Shown: piece after piece, positions 1-12,223 of the stretch | Layout: the number at the start of each line of letters is the position of its first letter | Numbering within the stretch: the stretch's first letter is position 1 | Origin: Xylographa opegraphella | Lineage: Eukaryota | Length of the DNA stretch: 64,000 nucleotides | Direction of reading: 5' to 3' | NCBI GenBank assembly: GCA_022813865.1 | Contig: JALDZX010000047.1 | Location: 1-64,000, forward strand | Program-made: the position numbers and the translations under genes | Notes under the pieces: generated by a model | Told to the model about the DNA's origin: nothing | Database searches by the model: none | Seen by the model: only the letters and a program-made list of their open reading frames with translations

Positions 1-430
1 AGGTGCTAGTCCTGATCCAGCCCGACCCCTATTACCTGTGACTGATGTCATAGCCGTCACAAGTATAGTAAATCGTGATAGTCTAAGATATCGATACTAG
101 CCGTTTAGGTACTAGCTATTTAATAGTTCCCCTACTAGCCACGCACCTGAGACTGTTAAGTTCCCAGGAGAATTAAGGTTAGGCGGCTAGTATGACATGC
201 AGTGGCGTATTGCCTGCTAAACCGGCCACTAATACTCCATGACCAGTGATTGACCACAGGCCGCTACGTTCACATTTGAGTCACTTTCAACAATATTCAT
301 ATGCGGGCGGCATGTCTTCGTACTTTTGAACCTGCACGCACATTCTCTCCCACAACGATACTGCAAGCGTATTTCAAGTGCAGTTTTCACTATCATGCAA
401 ACCTTGGAGGGCAAGACATCCAGGTAAAAA

Positions 431-2141
431 AATGGAGCTCCTCGTCGGAACACTCCCTAACATGCTGAGCATTTCGAAGGGCCAAAAGGACCGAGATGCA
501 AGGAGATTCGCCGTAGAACCTAGCAAACAGACTTGTTCAAAACCCAGCATGGATTGCGATGCTGTTGAGAAGCTGAGCTTGGATGATAAGTTTCCACTTT
601 TCACTAAGTCTCTAGAAGGGGCTTCTGTGCCAGTCCAACCACCAACTCGGGGTCAATCGCAGTTAACGGTCCAATCGGCATATACAGCAGGATCACATCC
701 CACAAAGGCTGCTATTGTAACTGCAACCAAGGAAGCGAAAGCTGCCCTAACGTCGTCCAGGAAACCTAAGTGGACGCCAGAGCAAAAGCGGCAACGACGC
801 GAACAAAGAGCTTTGCAGGGAGAAAACAAGACGCCGCGAGGCCGATCAAACGGTCAGAGGCAAGTCGCTTCTGAACGGGATTCAAGGATAGATGGAGGAG
901 TCTCTATCATTCCCGAATTCGAGGCGAAGGGCGCTGCGAAACCGAAGCCTATCACAACTACCTTGCCTGTGAGAAGTGCAAGAAAAGCTTCTCTCGATAA
1001 GAAGATCTATTCAGCATCCGAGAACACCTTGGAAGCGAAGATGACCTCAATCAAAGCAGCTCATCATCTATCCACAAGCATCACGAACTTGAATCCGAAT
1101 GCACCTACGTATAAACCCACAAAGCTTGCTCCTGCTGGCGGCTTATACAACCCACAATATCAGAATTCTCAGCCTTTCGTTCCCTATCAGCCTATGCGGT
1201 CAGTTCCAGTGTCCTACAAACTGCCTCCGTGGCGTATTGATAAAATACACAGATTCGCCTCGGCTGTAGCCACACAAAATTCATTTCCATCACCCCCAAA
1301 TGGCTCTTCATCTGCGAAAGGTAGGCCGACGGCCTTGACTTCACAGGCAGATCGTCAGGCGAAATTCAATATCCCGAAGGGGATTGCCACCGCTAATCCT
1401 TTACTATCGGCATTACATAAGGATCCGAAGCTTCATCGTAACGCCCCTCAACCAACAGTAGCATATATAGAGCAATCGTCTTTACCACCACGACCTTCAG
1501 CTAAGCCGGGGAATCTGCTTCTTGTCCTCGATATAAATGGCACACTTCTTTATCGAAGGAAAAGAACCACTCATATATACCCACGGCCTTCACTGAAAGA
1601 ATTTCTTAATTACTGTCTGAAAACCCACTCAGTCCTGGTTTGGTCATCGGCCCAGCCAGTAAACGTCGATATGATCTGCTCGAGAATCTTTTCGCCGGCC
1701 GAGCGTTCCCAGCTTGTTGCCGAGTGGGGTCGAAATACACTCGAGCTAAGTGCTGCAGATTATCGCCAGAATATTCAGGTTTACAAACGTCTGGACCGTA
1801 TCTGGAAGGATGACCGTGTCCAGGTGCACCACCTGCGATACGCCCAAGGTGAAAGATGGAGTCAAAAAAATACGGTCTTGATTGACGATAGCATGCTGAA
1901 AGCATTAGCTCAGCCATTCAATCATATTGAGGTTCCTGAATTTGATCTCAAGAATGGAAATTTTAGTGATGGTGATGGTACGGAGGTACTGGGGCAAGTG
2001 GTGGCCTATCTGGAAGAGCTGAGGGCATGGGAAGACGTGAGCTCTTTCATGAGACAAGAGCGGTTTGTGCTGAATGGAGGCTATCGGTGGGACTGGGCGA
2101 CTGGGCGCCGGGTGTGTCCAGATAGCAGAGAAGACCTCTGA
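431..2141 (+). CDS. NIF/FCP1-homology (HAD-like) phosphatase-domain protein with long disordered N-terminus; start codon uncertain
   Basis: C-terminal LLLVLDINGTLL...RPSLKEFL...VLVWSSAQPVNV...YKRLDRIW...NTVLIDDS matches NIF family motifs; single exon; first ATG at 431. Confidence 0.8.
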
Positions 2142-2988
2142 TTTTGATTCTTGAAAATCACGACGAACTCGGTAAGCCGTTAGGCAGATCATTCTCAGGA
2201 TATCAGCTCAGACTATGCTGGCAATGTGTCAAGACCCAATGTCCCGATTAATGAAACATCCAAGTATGCGGACTTCAACTTAGAAATAAGGCCAAGCAAG
2301 CATAATGGACCTATATGCTACTTTTATGGGTATGGAGCGCGATGTTTGAACTGCTGATCGCTGACGAATCGCCTTTGGAAGAATGTCGACCTCCGCAGAC
2401 TCGGAGCCCCTTCCAATGTAGCGCCAGCCATTCAAGAACCTCCATGTTCGTTACGTTACGCAGAGGCGTGCTTCTGTGTAACATCCACTGGCGTGGCCAG
2501 CCAGACACACTACTTCTCATCTGACTTGTCTGGAGGAGACGAAATAGCGGCAAAAAACAGCTAATTGGGACTAGCACTTGCTCTTAATGCACGCGACATC
2601 CACTGTTTCCTCTTCTCCGCACACCATATTCTGCCTACCAATCTCCACAACATCTTATCTGCTGCCTTGAGGCTGGCTGGCTACACAAGGCAACCAATTG
2701 TAATGGCCGTTTTTGCGCAGATCAGAGAGCATGCTATGTGAACGGAATATTTTTTTGCAGTATCCAAGGATGTGACGCGCATGTGTTGTTCCTGTTCGCT
2801 GGGCAAGCGCAAGTATCCGTTGATCATGTCTCAATCGAGGCATCTGGGGGGTCTATCTATCGATCGAAGGCCTGTTTGTACCATCTCTGCTTGCCTGCAA
2901 TTCCGTCCATACAAGGATCCTGATTAAAAGGTGGGGAGAAAAGTTTTCAGCCGCAGCCTTGTGTATAATACCTACTGAAAATACGGAC

Positions 2989-5346
2989 ATGCCTTCATCA
3001 ACTGTTTTGTTTATCTCTGAAGTAAATATGAACGAATGTTCCTCTAGACGTGAGAGTGTTTCTTCGATTGCAAGTTATCTTGACGATTCGCCATACGTAC
3101 CACCCCAAAGAGCACAGCGCATTGGTGTTTCCAGAAACAAGATAAACTATCGGCCCCCGACCTTCCCTCAACTTATTGTGGATGAATTCCTCCCACGAAG
3201 AAATGAGTATAGATATACAGATCTAGCATCGCCCTCTGATGAGATTCGCCTACTCGTTTTGCATCCAGGGCGGTATGACGAGAAGATCGAATGCTCTCTC
3301 ATGACGGTTCTATCGAGTGACCGCAAGCTCCACTACGAGGCTCTATCGTACCACTGGGGTGGCGATGAGCCCACAAAGGAGATATGGATCCGAAGTTTCA
3401 AGGGTAGCTTCCAGGGGAAGGCTGTCAAGAATTTCCGCAGTTTCCAGAACATTGCTCATTATGTGAAGCCTCATAAGTTCTATATCAGGTCAAACCTTTA
3501 CGCAGCTCTACGCCAATTCCGTGACACCGAGCGCGAGCTCATTTATTGGATAGATGCGCTCTGTATCAACCAGGATAATCAGCAGGAGAAAAACATGCAA
3601 GTTTTGAAGATGGCGGACATCTACAGCAAAGCATATAATGTATGTATCTGGCTCGGTGAAGGCAATGAGCAAAGCAATATGGCAATTGACTTCATTCCAA
3701 GCATCTTGAATCTTTCACAATTCGATGCTCTCATCAACGACCAGAATATGCTGAAGCACTGGACCGCATTCGCAGACTTAATGAGGAGCACATGGTTCAG
3801 CCGTCGTTGGGTAGTACAAGAAATTGTATATGCTAGGGAAGCAACTTTGCATTGTGGTTCCGCCACTATACATTGGGCAGATTTTGCTGATGCTGTGGCT
3901 TTGTTTGTCACGAATCTTGACACGATCAGTACCTGGCTGCTGGCTTCCAGGGATTACAGCAAGGGCTTGAATGTTTTAGGCCATGTGCCAGCATCAGGCG
4001 CCACGATATTGGTCAATGCTACGAGCAATTTGTTTCGAAAAAGTAACAACGGCTACATTCTGGAACACCGTTCCAGCCTCGAAACTCTTGTCTCGACGCT
4101 ACTAACGTTTGGATCGTCTGATCCTCGAGACACTATATATGCACTTCTCTCGGTTGCCAAAGACACCACCTCTCATCCTGGCGTGCCTTTATTAACTGAT
4201 CCACCTTCGCCAACGTCGTCTTATCACTCCGCTGAGGAATCGGTCTCGTTGACAGCAAATTACACTAAGAACATTGTTGAGGTCTACAAAGACTTTACCT
4301 CATTCTGTGTTCAGTCGTCCCGCTCTCTGGACATTATCTGTCGACATTGGGCGCCTAGTGAAAGAAAGAAGCCATTTACCGTTAAAGAATCGCTCCGCCT
4401 CGGTAAAATGAAAGCCTTATTAGAGATTGCAAAGTTTCCATCGTGGGTCCCTCGCTTGGCTGAATCAGCTTTCGGCGGACCAGAAGAAGCTCTTAACGGC
4501 CGAAAGAATGGAGATAGTCTGGTTGGACATCCCGCGCGCAGATTCTACTCGGCGTCTCGTGGGACTGACGCGGATAACATACGTTTTGAGGAATATCCAA
4601 TCGAACGAAGCGTTGAGATCAGAAAGGAGCAACAGAAGCCTAGGATGAATCCTACTACTGAAGGTGATAATTATAAAGAACCCTCTCAAAACGAGACTAT
4701 TCCTGTGGCGCTTGCCCACGACAAAAGAACCGACAGCGCTGATACCATCAAAGCAACACCCGAGACATTTGGAATTTCGATGTTCGTGCACGGATTCCAG
4801 ATCGGCACGATAGCCAGCCTCTCTGCTCGACTGGCTGAGGGGATGATTTTGAACGAAAGTCTCAGAATGGGAGGTTGGGAAGAACCTGATGACGATAGCT
4901 CAGTCAAAGTCCCAGATCAGCTCTGGCGTACCTTAGTGGCAGACCGAGGTCCAGACGGTAACAGTCCACCAAGCTGGTACCACAGAGCTTGTCTCCATTG
5001 CTTTGCTAATCGTAACAATACCGGGGATATCAATACCGCTGTGCTGATCGCCCGCGGTGTGCCAACGATGATGGTGGAGTTCCTAAAACGTGTGCAGAGC
5101 GTGGTATGGAACAGGAAATTACTCCAATCAGAAAACGGAAGATGGTTTGGCCTGGCACCTACGCGCGCAGAGGTGGACGACATCATTTGTATCCTATATG
5201 GGTGCAGTGTTCCAGTCATCCTTCGAGAGCACAGGACGCACACCGCAACCTACTTCGAATTCATCGGAGAGTCTTATATTCATGGCGCGATGGACGGTCA
5301 AGCCATGAGTGGTACTTGGAAAGAACAAGAATACGAGCTGCGCTGA
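2989..5346 (+). CDS. HET-domain (PF06985) heterokaryon incompatibility protein, HET-6-like
   Basis: EIRLLVLHPG, YEALSYHWG, WIDALCINQ..EKNMQVLKMADIYSKA..VCIWLG, WFSRRWVVQE, SDPRDTIYALL, C-terminal GCSVPVILR..FIGESYIHGAMDG; single exon. Confidence 0.92.
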   Translation: MPSSTVLFISEVNMNECSSRRESVSSIASYLDDSPYVPPQRAQRIGVSRNKINYRPPTFPQLIVDEFLPRRNEYRYTDLASPSDEIRLLVLHPGRYDEKIECSLMTVLSSDRKLHYEALSYHWGGDEPTKEIWIRSFKGSFQGKAVKNFRSFQNIAHYVKPHKFYIRSNLYAALRQFRDTERELIYWIDALCINQDNQQEKNMQVLKMADIYSKAYNVCIWLGEGNEQSNMAIDFIPSILNLSQFDALINDQNMLKHWTAFADLMRSTWFSRRWVVQEIVYAREATLHCGSATIHWADFADAVALFVTNLDTISTWLLASRDYSKGLNVLGHVPASGATILVNATSNLFRKSNNGYILEHRSSLETLVSTLLTFGSSDPRDTIYALLSVAKDTTSHPGVPLLTDPPSPTSSYHSAEESVSLTANYTKNIVEVYKDFTSFCVQSSRSLDIICRHWAPSERKKPFTVKESLRLGKMKALLEIAKFPSWVPRLAESAFGGPEEALNGRKNGDSLVGHPARRFYSASRGTDADNIRFEEYPIERSVEIRKEQQKPRMNPTTEGDNYKEPSQNETIPVALAHDKRTDSADTIKATPETFGISMFVHGFQIGTIASLSARLAEGMILNESLRMGGWEEPDDDSSVKVPDQLWRTLVADRGPDGNSPPSWYHRACLHCFANRNNTGDINTAVLIARGVPTMMVEFLKRVQSVVWNRKLLQSENGRWFGLAPTRAEVDDIICILYGCSVPVILREHRTHTATYFEFIGESYIHGAMDGQAMSGTWKEQEYELR

Positions 5347-5814
5347 CTATGCTATCGATGTCCTACTTGCCTGCTGGACCATATTTCGCGGGGCTAAGAC
5401 TCGAGTGATATGTAACTCGCTAGGGTCCGGGATTCTCTGTCTTCCTGGCTTCTTTGAAGACAACTGGCTCACCATTTTCTCCTATCCGCAGGAACTACCG
5501 GCTAGTGTCCTTCAGCTCGAAAAGGATCAGCGCAGGCTGTTGCCTTAATTCCTCGGCCAGTCTTTGTGAGTATGTCGACATGGAGCACAAATTTCCATGG
5601 CCTAGCCAACTTGGTAGAAGTGCTCTTGTGCAGCCAATAATACATGGGATATAGATACCACATCAAGATTTCGGATTCACATTAGATACACCAACCTGAC
5701 TACTTCGTCCCCGTTGACTAAGGAAGTTGTGTGAATCCAAGCTTAGATGCTATTTTTCTTGAGTCTTGTTATATGAGAGCGACCAACGCTGACATTTGGT
5801 ATCGAATGCTTCGC

Positions 5815-6786
5815 TCACTTTTTACTCTCAACCTTGCCTTGTCCTTCGAGCCCCTCCAAAGCCTTACACGCCTCTGCCCAAGCTCGGTCTCCCTCATAGA
5901 ACTGACTCCTTAAATACGCCCACGTCATCCTCTGCACGACCGCCAACCTCTCCGGACTTTCATCCAACGTCTCACCCGCATCCCACCCACTGATGCCCCC
6001 AAGCCCATGCTTCGCACCCTTCAGCATGAGAAGATCTTTCGGTGCTGGAGCGAGCGTGTACGCGTCGGCATGCCAATCAGCGCCGCGAGTTGTCAAATGG
6101 GGACTGAAATCATCGTCGCCACACACCACGAGCGCCGGCGTGGCCATTCTGCCGAATTTTGCGCCGTAGAACGGGATGAGTTTCCTCCCGCTGTCTGAGA
6201 TGTCCACACCGCCGTTTCCGATACCGGTTAGGATGACGCCGGCCTTGATACGTGCTTCGGGCTTATACCACGTGGACCCATCGCGCGGATCCGTGTTGCT
6301 GGCACCCAGCAGCATGGAGGCGGTCCACCCACCAGCCGAGTGGCCCGCGACCGCCACCCGCGTGCGATCAAGGCGACCTTTCAGCCCCGGCACCGCCGCC
6401 TCGACAACATCGAGGTTGTCGAGGATGCGCACCATATCTGTGGCTCGATCCTGCCAGAACAGCTCCTGGCCCTCAGGGGCTTGCAGGCCCAGGAACCGCG
6501 AGCTCAGGTGCGTCGGCTGCAGCACCGCGAAGCCGTGGCTGGCCCAGAACTCGTACAGGGGCGCGTAGCCCTCCAGCGACGAGAGCGAGTTGCTGCGCCC
6601 TTGCCCGTGCGAAAGGAGGATGAGCGGGAGGGCGTCCCCGGTTGCGGGTAGGGTGACTCGCAGCTGGAGGTCGACCGGGCGGTCGGGGCCGGGGAGGACG
6701 ACGGGGCTGAAGGAGATGATGGGCTTGGGGGCTTTGATGGGGATGGTGGCCGCCGAGCCGATGAGGGCGTGGTCGTTGGTGTGCAT
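5815..6786 (-). CDS. Alpha/beta hydrolase, chlorophyllase/PAF-acetylhydrolase-like
   Basis: LILLSHG, GFAVLQPTH, nucleophile elbow VAGHSAGG, candidate Asp (GDDD) and His (GAKHGLGG); intronless; ATG at 6786. Confidence 0.85.
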   Translation of the reverse strand: MHTNDHALIGSAATIPIKAPKPIISFSPVVLPGPDRPVDLQLRVTLPATGDALPLILLSHGQGRSNSLSSLEGYAPLYEFWASHGFAVLQPTHLSSRFLGLQAPEGQELFWQDRATDMVRILDNLDVVEAAVPGLKGRLDRTRVAVAGHSAGGWTASMLLGASNTDPRDGSTWYKPEARIKAGVILTGIGNGGVDISDSGRKLIPFYGAKFGRMATPALVVCGDDDFSPHLTTRGADWHADAYTLAPAPKDLLMLKGAKHGLGGISGWDAGETLDESPERLAVVQRMTWAYLRSQFYEGDRAWAEACKALEGLEGQGKVESKK

Positions 6787-7614
6787 GGTGTTTGTTGTTG
6801 AGTGGTGGATAGGAGTGAGTGGGAGATGGGATAGATTACTCCGCAGGAAGTGGAGGGACGATAAACGTTCGAGTGCCAGCGATAAGTGTACCTGTAGAGG
6901 ATTTATATACACATAATCAGTTCAATGCTAGATCAGCAGACGCCTGCGCTTTGTAATATATGTAGTCCTGGCGGAGATAACGCGGACTTAAGCTCGGGCT
7001 TCGGGCTCTGTGACTTCCCTCCAGACGGGAGCGGTACTCAACTCTTGTGTATCTAGGATAACCTGGATGAGTTTCCTCCGCTGATAAACAGAAATTTGGC
7101 CGGGCATTGGAGGGGTTAACGCCGAGTTGTATCTGGGAATGCTGGATTCATGGCGGAAGATGAGGGTTGGATCCTGGCTGTGTGTGCTTGATTGAGTGTT
7201 TGCTGATAGCGGGATATGTTGTCTGGATGCTTGGAAATTACGTGTTAAGTCGAGGATCGTAGATGCATTCTTCTCAGGGCGGAGCATTAGTCATGGGTCA
7301 GCAATCCTCATTGGTGGGCAGTAGAGTAATGTCCATTCAGATACTGAGATGTATCTATCCGCTACGGAGATAGTACGTTGTGTCCGCCATAACAAGGCAC
7401 GATGGAAAGGGCATGTGCCCAGAGCTGTTGAGTCGTGTGAGACTGGATAGTGTGAAGCGGCAGACTGGCGTGTCAAGGGGTGTCAACATCCATAGGGTAC
7501 AGGGTTCGGGGCGGCTCTACGCAGCAGAACGAGTGGATATCACCCCGGCAGGGAGAGAGGTGGTAGTAAAAGACAGGCACCAGATCGTATTGATCTATCT
7601 CGCAAAACAGGCAC

Positions 7615-7755
7615 ACTGAAAGCACAGCAGATACAACAGACCGCACCCAAGACGCACCGGAGACACAGCAGAAACAAAAAACACACCAAAGACACAACAG
7701 ACACAACAAACACACCGAAGACAAATCGAAAAGTAAAGCAACGCACAAAACCAAA
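7615..7755. repeat. Degenerate C/A-rich minisatellite (about 9-nt period, GACACAACA-like) downstream of CRT10
   Basis: Units such as gacacagca, gacacaaca, gacacaaca, aacacaccg read directly. Confidence 0.5.
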
Positions 7756-7853
7756 TCCTGCGTACCACGGCGCCAGTAGGCGCGGCCGTGCTCATTCATC
7801 AACACAAAGAAAACCCACCGCCCAAGCGCCAGTCCCTCCTCTCACCCCGCTGA

Positions 7854-9917
7854 TCAAAAGATCAGCACCTCGTCCGCGCGGCCCTCTCCCCTCCCGATCT
7901 CGTAGCTCAGCACCGAGTAATCGTGATACGTCAGCATGAGCCTCCACCTCCTGGGCTCGGGCCCACTGCCCTGGACGGGCCCGACGGCGATGCCAAGGAG
8001 GGCCGCCTCGGGCCGCTCGCCCCGGTTCTCCTGGCTCTTGAACGGCAGGAGCCAATCCAGGCGGAAGGCGCAACGGTTGGTGGGGCCCTGGCGCGTGAGC
8101 GTGAGCAGGGCGACGCGGCCGATGGGCGAGGCGAGGATCACGATGCCGAGCGTGGGGATCTGCAGCGACATGATGAGACGGTTGTACTGGTGGATGCGGG
8201 AGTGCGAGATCGGGATGTGCTGGTCCAGCATGTGGGTGAGGTATGTCGCGGGGATGGCGTGGCGACTGGGGAGGTTGGTGAAGGAGAAGGTGTTAGGCGA
8301 CCAGAGGGTTGGCGTGGTGGTATTGCAGGTGAGGAGGAGGAAGGGGAGGGGTGGCGCGGCGGAAGGGTCGGCGGCGGGGGTGGTATCGGTGGCGGAGAGG
8401 GGGATGGGGTTGGCGGGGAGGCGGCGGGGAGGATTGAGGTCGAGCGACGGACGGAGGTTCTCGCGTAGCCGCTCGATGTCCATGCCCATCTCGTCTTCGC
8501 TGTGGTAGTCCTCGTCCAGGCCTGCTCCCTCGTCGTCCTCGGCGGTGGTGCGAACACCAACGTCGAGGTGGAGGGGAAGCAGGCCTGTGGTGGTCGGGAC
8601 ATTGGACCTTGGATGCCACATCGAAGAGTCGGTGACCTCTTGCTGGCTGCGGGTGATGTCCCACGAACGATCGCCGTAATTGGCGACCGCTCTGCAGCCG
8701 AAGATCTCGGCCTCCCTTCTCAGGGGTCGAAAGGAGCGGGGATTAAGGCAGAGGATGTTCCAGCCGTGCCAGACTCTGCACTGGGATTAGTGATTTAGGA
8801 AACGAGAAGATGCCTGGTACAACTTACGCGTTATGAGGAAATGGTATCCCGTGCTCTTCTGCGATTTGCTGGGAAGTATAATATTGATAATTACCTTCAA
8901 ATATACGCCAGACTGCAACTGTTCCTTCAATATCCATGCTGATGAGGTATCTTCCTGTGGGGTCATCTTCGGTATTGCAAAAGGAGATATTGGGTATATT
9001 GCAGGAGTGGCCATAGAGAACAAGGCACTGATCTCGCGAACGGTCATGGCTGAGACCCTCAGGCCCTGCTTGTCGCCAGCCACCGTCTTCCCCTCCAGAA
9101 ATTCCATCTTCAATGTCTTGCGCAATTTGGAACTCTTGAGAGAAACGCTGAGCAGGGTCTGGTGAGTTTTCTTGTCTAAGTGCAAAAGCAAATACTGTGA
9201 TCGTATGGGTATTTGCACTAATAGCAATCAAACGGGCTTCTTTGTGTATGGCAATGCCCCATGCGCTCATTCCAACGTTGACATAGAAGAACGGTCTCAG
9301 TGTAGATGTATGCTCTGATCTGCCGGCTTCGCGTTGCTCAAGTTCATATGCCAGAGAGCGAGTAGTTAATACAATTACATCTCCATCGTCACAGGCACAC
9401 ACCAGGAGTTCTTCATCGCCAAGATCCCCGACCTTAAGATGGTTGACAGCATGAGGATTATTGGGATTGACGCATCCTGGAAGGTATTGACTGTATGGTA
9501 AAGTTATCACAAGATCTGGGTGAGAGTTGATCCGCTGACTTGGATATTGGGGTTTGTAAATAAAGAGGTCAGCCCCTATAGCAAGAAAGTAAAGATTGTG
9601 GTATTGAGACAAGGCAGTCTGTGAACTATTAGTAAATTCTAAGGCATTAAGGTCAGATGGCTGTACAAGAGTGTTGCGGAATATCTCTGGTGGATCAGGA
9701 CGATCACTGAACCTTCATTCCAAAGTAAGCACAGGTAAGAATATTCCAAAGGATATGATAGGACATACGGTGGAAACTGCTCAGTCAGTATTCATTAGCC
9801 AACAGCTTCTACTTTAGAATGCAACTGCATAGAAGCGTGACTTACTCTTTCGTGAGCAGAAAGTACCGAAGATACCGAGATATCAAGCTCACGAAATCCT
9901 CGCTGTCCGGTAGCCAT
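7854..9917 (-). CDS. CRT10: CRT10-like WD40-related protein; multi-exon (9846-9917, 9769-9776, 9667-9712, about 8828-9618, about 7854-8780)
   Basis: Spliced model reads FRNTLTALSQYHNLYFLA, NHLKVGDLGDEELLVCACDDGDV, SAWGIAIHKEARLIAISANTH, GHSCNIPNISF, LLGIAVGPVQ..RRWRLMLTYHD. Confidence 0.8.
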
Positions 9918-10656
9918 AGCTGGTCAGGAGAAGCTGAAATTTCTAGACCACGTGTAGAAGATACGCGCGAGAGATGAAAGGAAGATATAAAAGGAAGTAA
10001 GAGTCTACAGAGATCGTGAAGATGCTTCAGCAGCTTGATGTTCAGACGCAGAGTTCGTGATGGTAAGAAAGCCGTAAGAAATTTGCATTAAGGGATCAAT
10101 TAGGGGCACGGTATTAGCGAGGGCTCCGCTATTAAGACCGCCTGACGACGTGAATTCTCGCCAATGTCCCCCCAACACGCAGGTTGAGAGACGCCTATTA
10201 CGAATTCTCCGTCTGCTCTTCGGTCTCATGGGAGCAGAGCCCATCATAAGATCCCTTGGTGCCTGCAGCTCTGTCGAATGCCGCCGCGGTTGCAGCGAAG
10301 CAATGCTTGCGTTGGCTACATGATCAAGGTATCCAAGGACATTGTGAGTACGCTGACTGTGAGGATTAGACTCAAATCGTATCCTAGAGCAAACTTCTTC
10401 TCAGAAGAGGTATTCAGGATGCTTACATGATCGGTGGCACAGAACGCCACAAGTGACGGCTCCACAGTTCTGCCGCCGGCAACGTCATGTCGATCTCAAC
10501 GGCTGTCGGACGCCACAAACACTTGAAAAGCTTCGATCTTACTTTGGAAAAACTGTCCAAAAAGGAGAGAAATAGGAGAGAAATAAAAGAAAACGCCCGT
10601 GGTGGATGCTGTGTGCTATAAGACAAACACTATCCACGAGTACGATAACTGCAAGA

Positions 10657-12020
10657 ATGCCAGGCTCTTCAGATCGACGAGAGATTGTCGTGATAGGTTC
10701 GCCACCTTCGACAGCAATAGAGAGATTCAGCTGATATGACGGGTATCAGGGGGAGGAATCATTGGATGCACGACGGCGTATTTCTTGACGCGGCATCCAT
10801 CATATGATCCCTCCAAGCACAAGATTACGCTACTGGAGGCTTCGAAGATTGCAGGTGGCGCATCTGGGAAGGCAGGCGGCCTGCTTGCGTTGTGGGGTAG
10901 GCCCTGCTCCAAGGACGTCTCTTCTGTCTTGAAATGCTGACCCCCGTCAGCGTATCCAAGTAATATTGTTCCGCTAAGCTACCGATTGCACGCTGAGCTT
11001 GCTAAGGAACACGATGGAGCGGAGACATGGGGATACCGGCGTATCCACTGCGGTCAACTAACCGCGAAGGGCCGACCCCTAGGTGTAAGTAGCGGAAATG
11101 AAATCAAAAAAGGAGAGAATGGCGAATCACTATCGTTGAAAAAGCGAACCAAAGAAGCCATCGGCACTCTGCGAGCAGCGGGCATTCCTCGAGACCTCGA
11201 TTGGTTTTCCGCCGACAGCGTCAAAGACTATAGCGAGATGGGCGACCCAGACACGACCGCGCAGGTGCATCCGTACCAGTTCACCACGTCGATGGCCAAG
11301 TTAGCCGAAGAAAAAGGTGCCAAGATTATCCTGGGGCAAGTTATTGACATCGGCAAGTCCAACAACACAGTCGAATCGGTGACCTACAAGGATAAGGAAA
11401 CCTCGGAAACGAAAACGATACCGGCGACCGATGTTGTAATATCCGCTGGACCGTGGACGCGGGAATTATATCCCCCTGCACCCATATCCGCAATGAGGGC
11501 CCACAGCGTCACCATTCGGCCGTCAAGGCCTGTATCACCATATGCAATCTTCACTGAAATATCCCTGCCGCTGGATTTTGGGCGCACTGGGGAGAAGGGA
11601 AAGTCGAAAAGCTCGAGGAGCAAACAGGTCACCCCGGAGATATATGCCCGCCCGAACAACGAAGTATACGCCTGTGGCGAAGGCGACACCCTTGTGCCAC
11701 TACCCAAACTCTCCGCTGACGTCGTCACCGACAACGCGAGATGCCAAGATATCATCGATTATGTGTCTTCCATTTCGGACGAGATGAGGGACGGGGAGGT
11801 TACTGTCCGACAGGCCTGCTATCTTCCAAACGTGGACGCTGCGAGTAGCGGTCCCTTGATCGGTGAGACGGGCGTAAAGGGATTACTGCTGGCGGCGGGC
11901 CACACGTGTTGGGGCATCCAGAACGGGCCTGGGACTGGGAAGCTGATATCGGAGTTTGTATTCGACGGGAAGGCGAAGAGTGCGAAGATTGGATCGCTGG
12001 ATCCGAGGAACGTGTTATAG
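10657..12020 (+). CDS. FAD-dependent oxidoreductase, DAO family (TDA3-like); two short 5' introns
   Basis: Spliced N-terminus IVVIG|GGIIG (Rossmann), GGASGKAGGLLA, TAQVHPYQFT, AAGHTCWGIQNGPGTG. Confidence 0.85.
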
Positions 12021-12223
12021 TGGCATGGTTGGGTACGATTGAATGTATATAAAGCGATGAGATCTCGATGTCTAGCTTGTATAACAAACGTATGCATGGT
12101 TTCTCATGGTTTCCGGACATAGTCATAATTTTGGAATACTACAAACATTCACAGCGATGAGTTGATCATCCCACACCCGCTTTTTTGACCCACTCCCCAA
12201 ACGCCCTCCCATAGCCCTTCCGT

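Noticed and set aside
1..200. TpA-rich stretch with TGTGAC..GTCACA mini inverted repeat, suggestive of a RIP-mutated repeat edge
   Set aside because: Too short, truncated by the window; no coding remnant or second copy
6007..8798. Many overlapping antisense/alternate-frame ORFs over the hydrolase and CRT10 (likewise over GH45, ADE5,7, HIS3)
   Set aside because: Expected from stop-codon scarcity in GC-rich islands; no recognisable motifs
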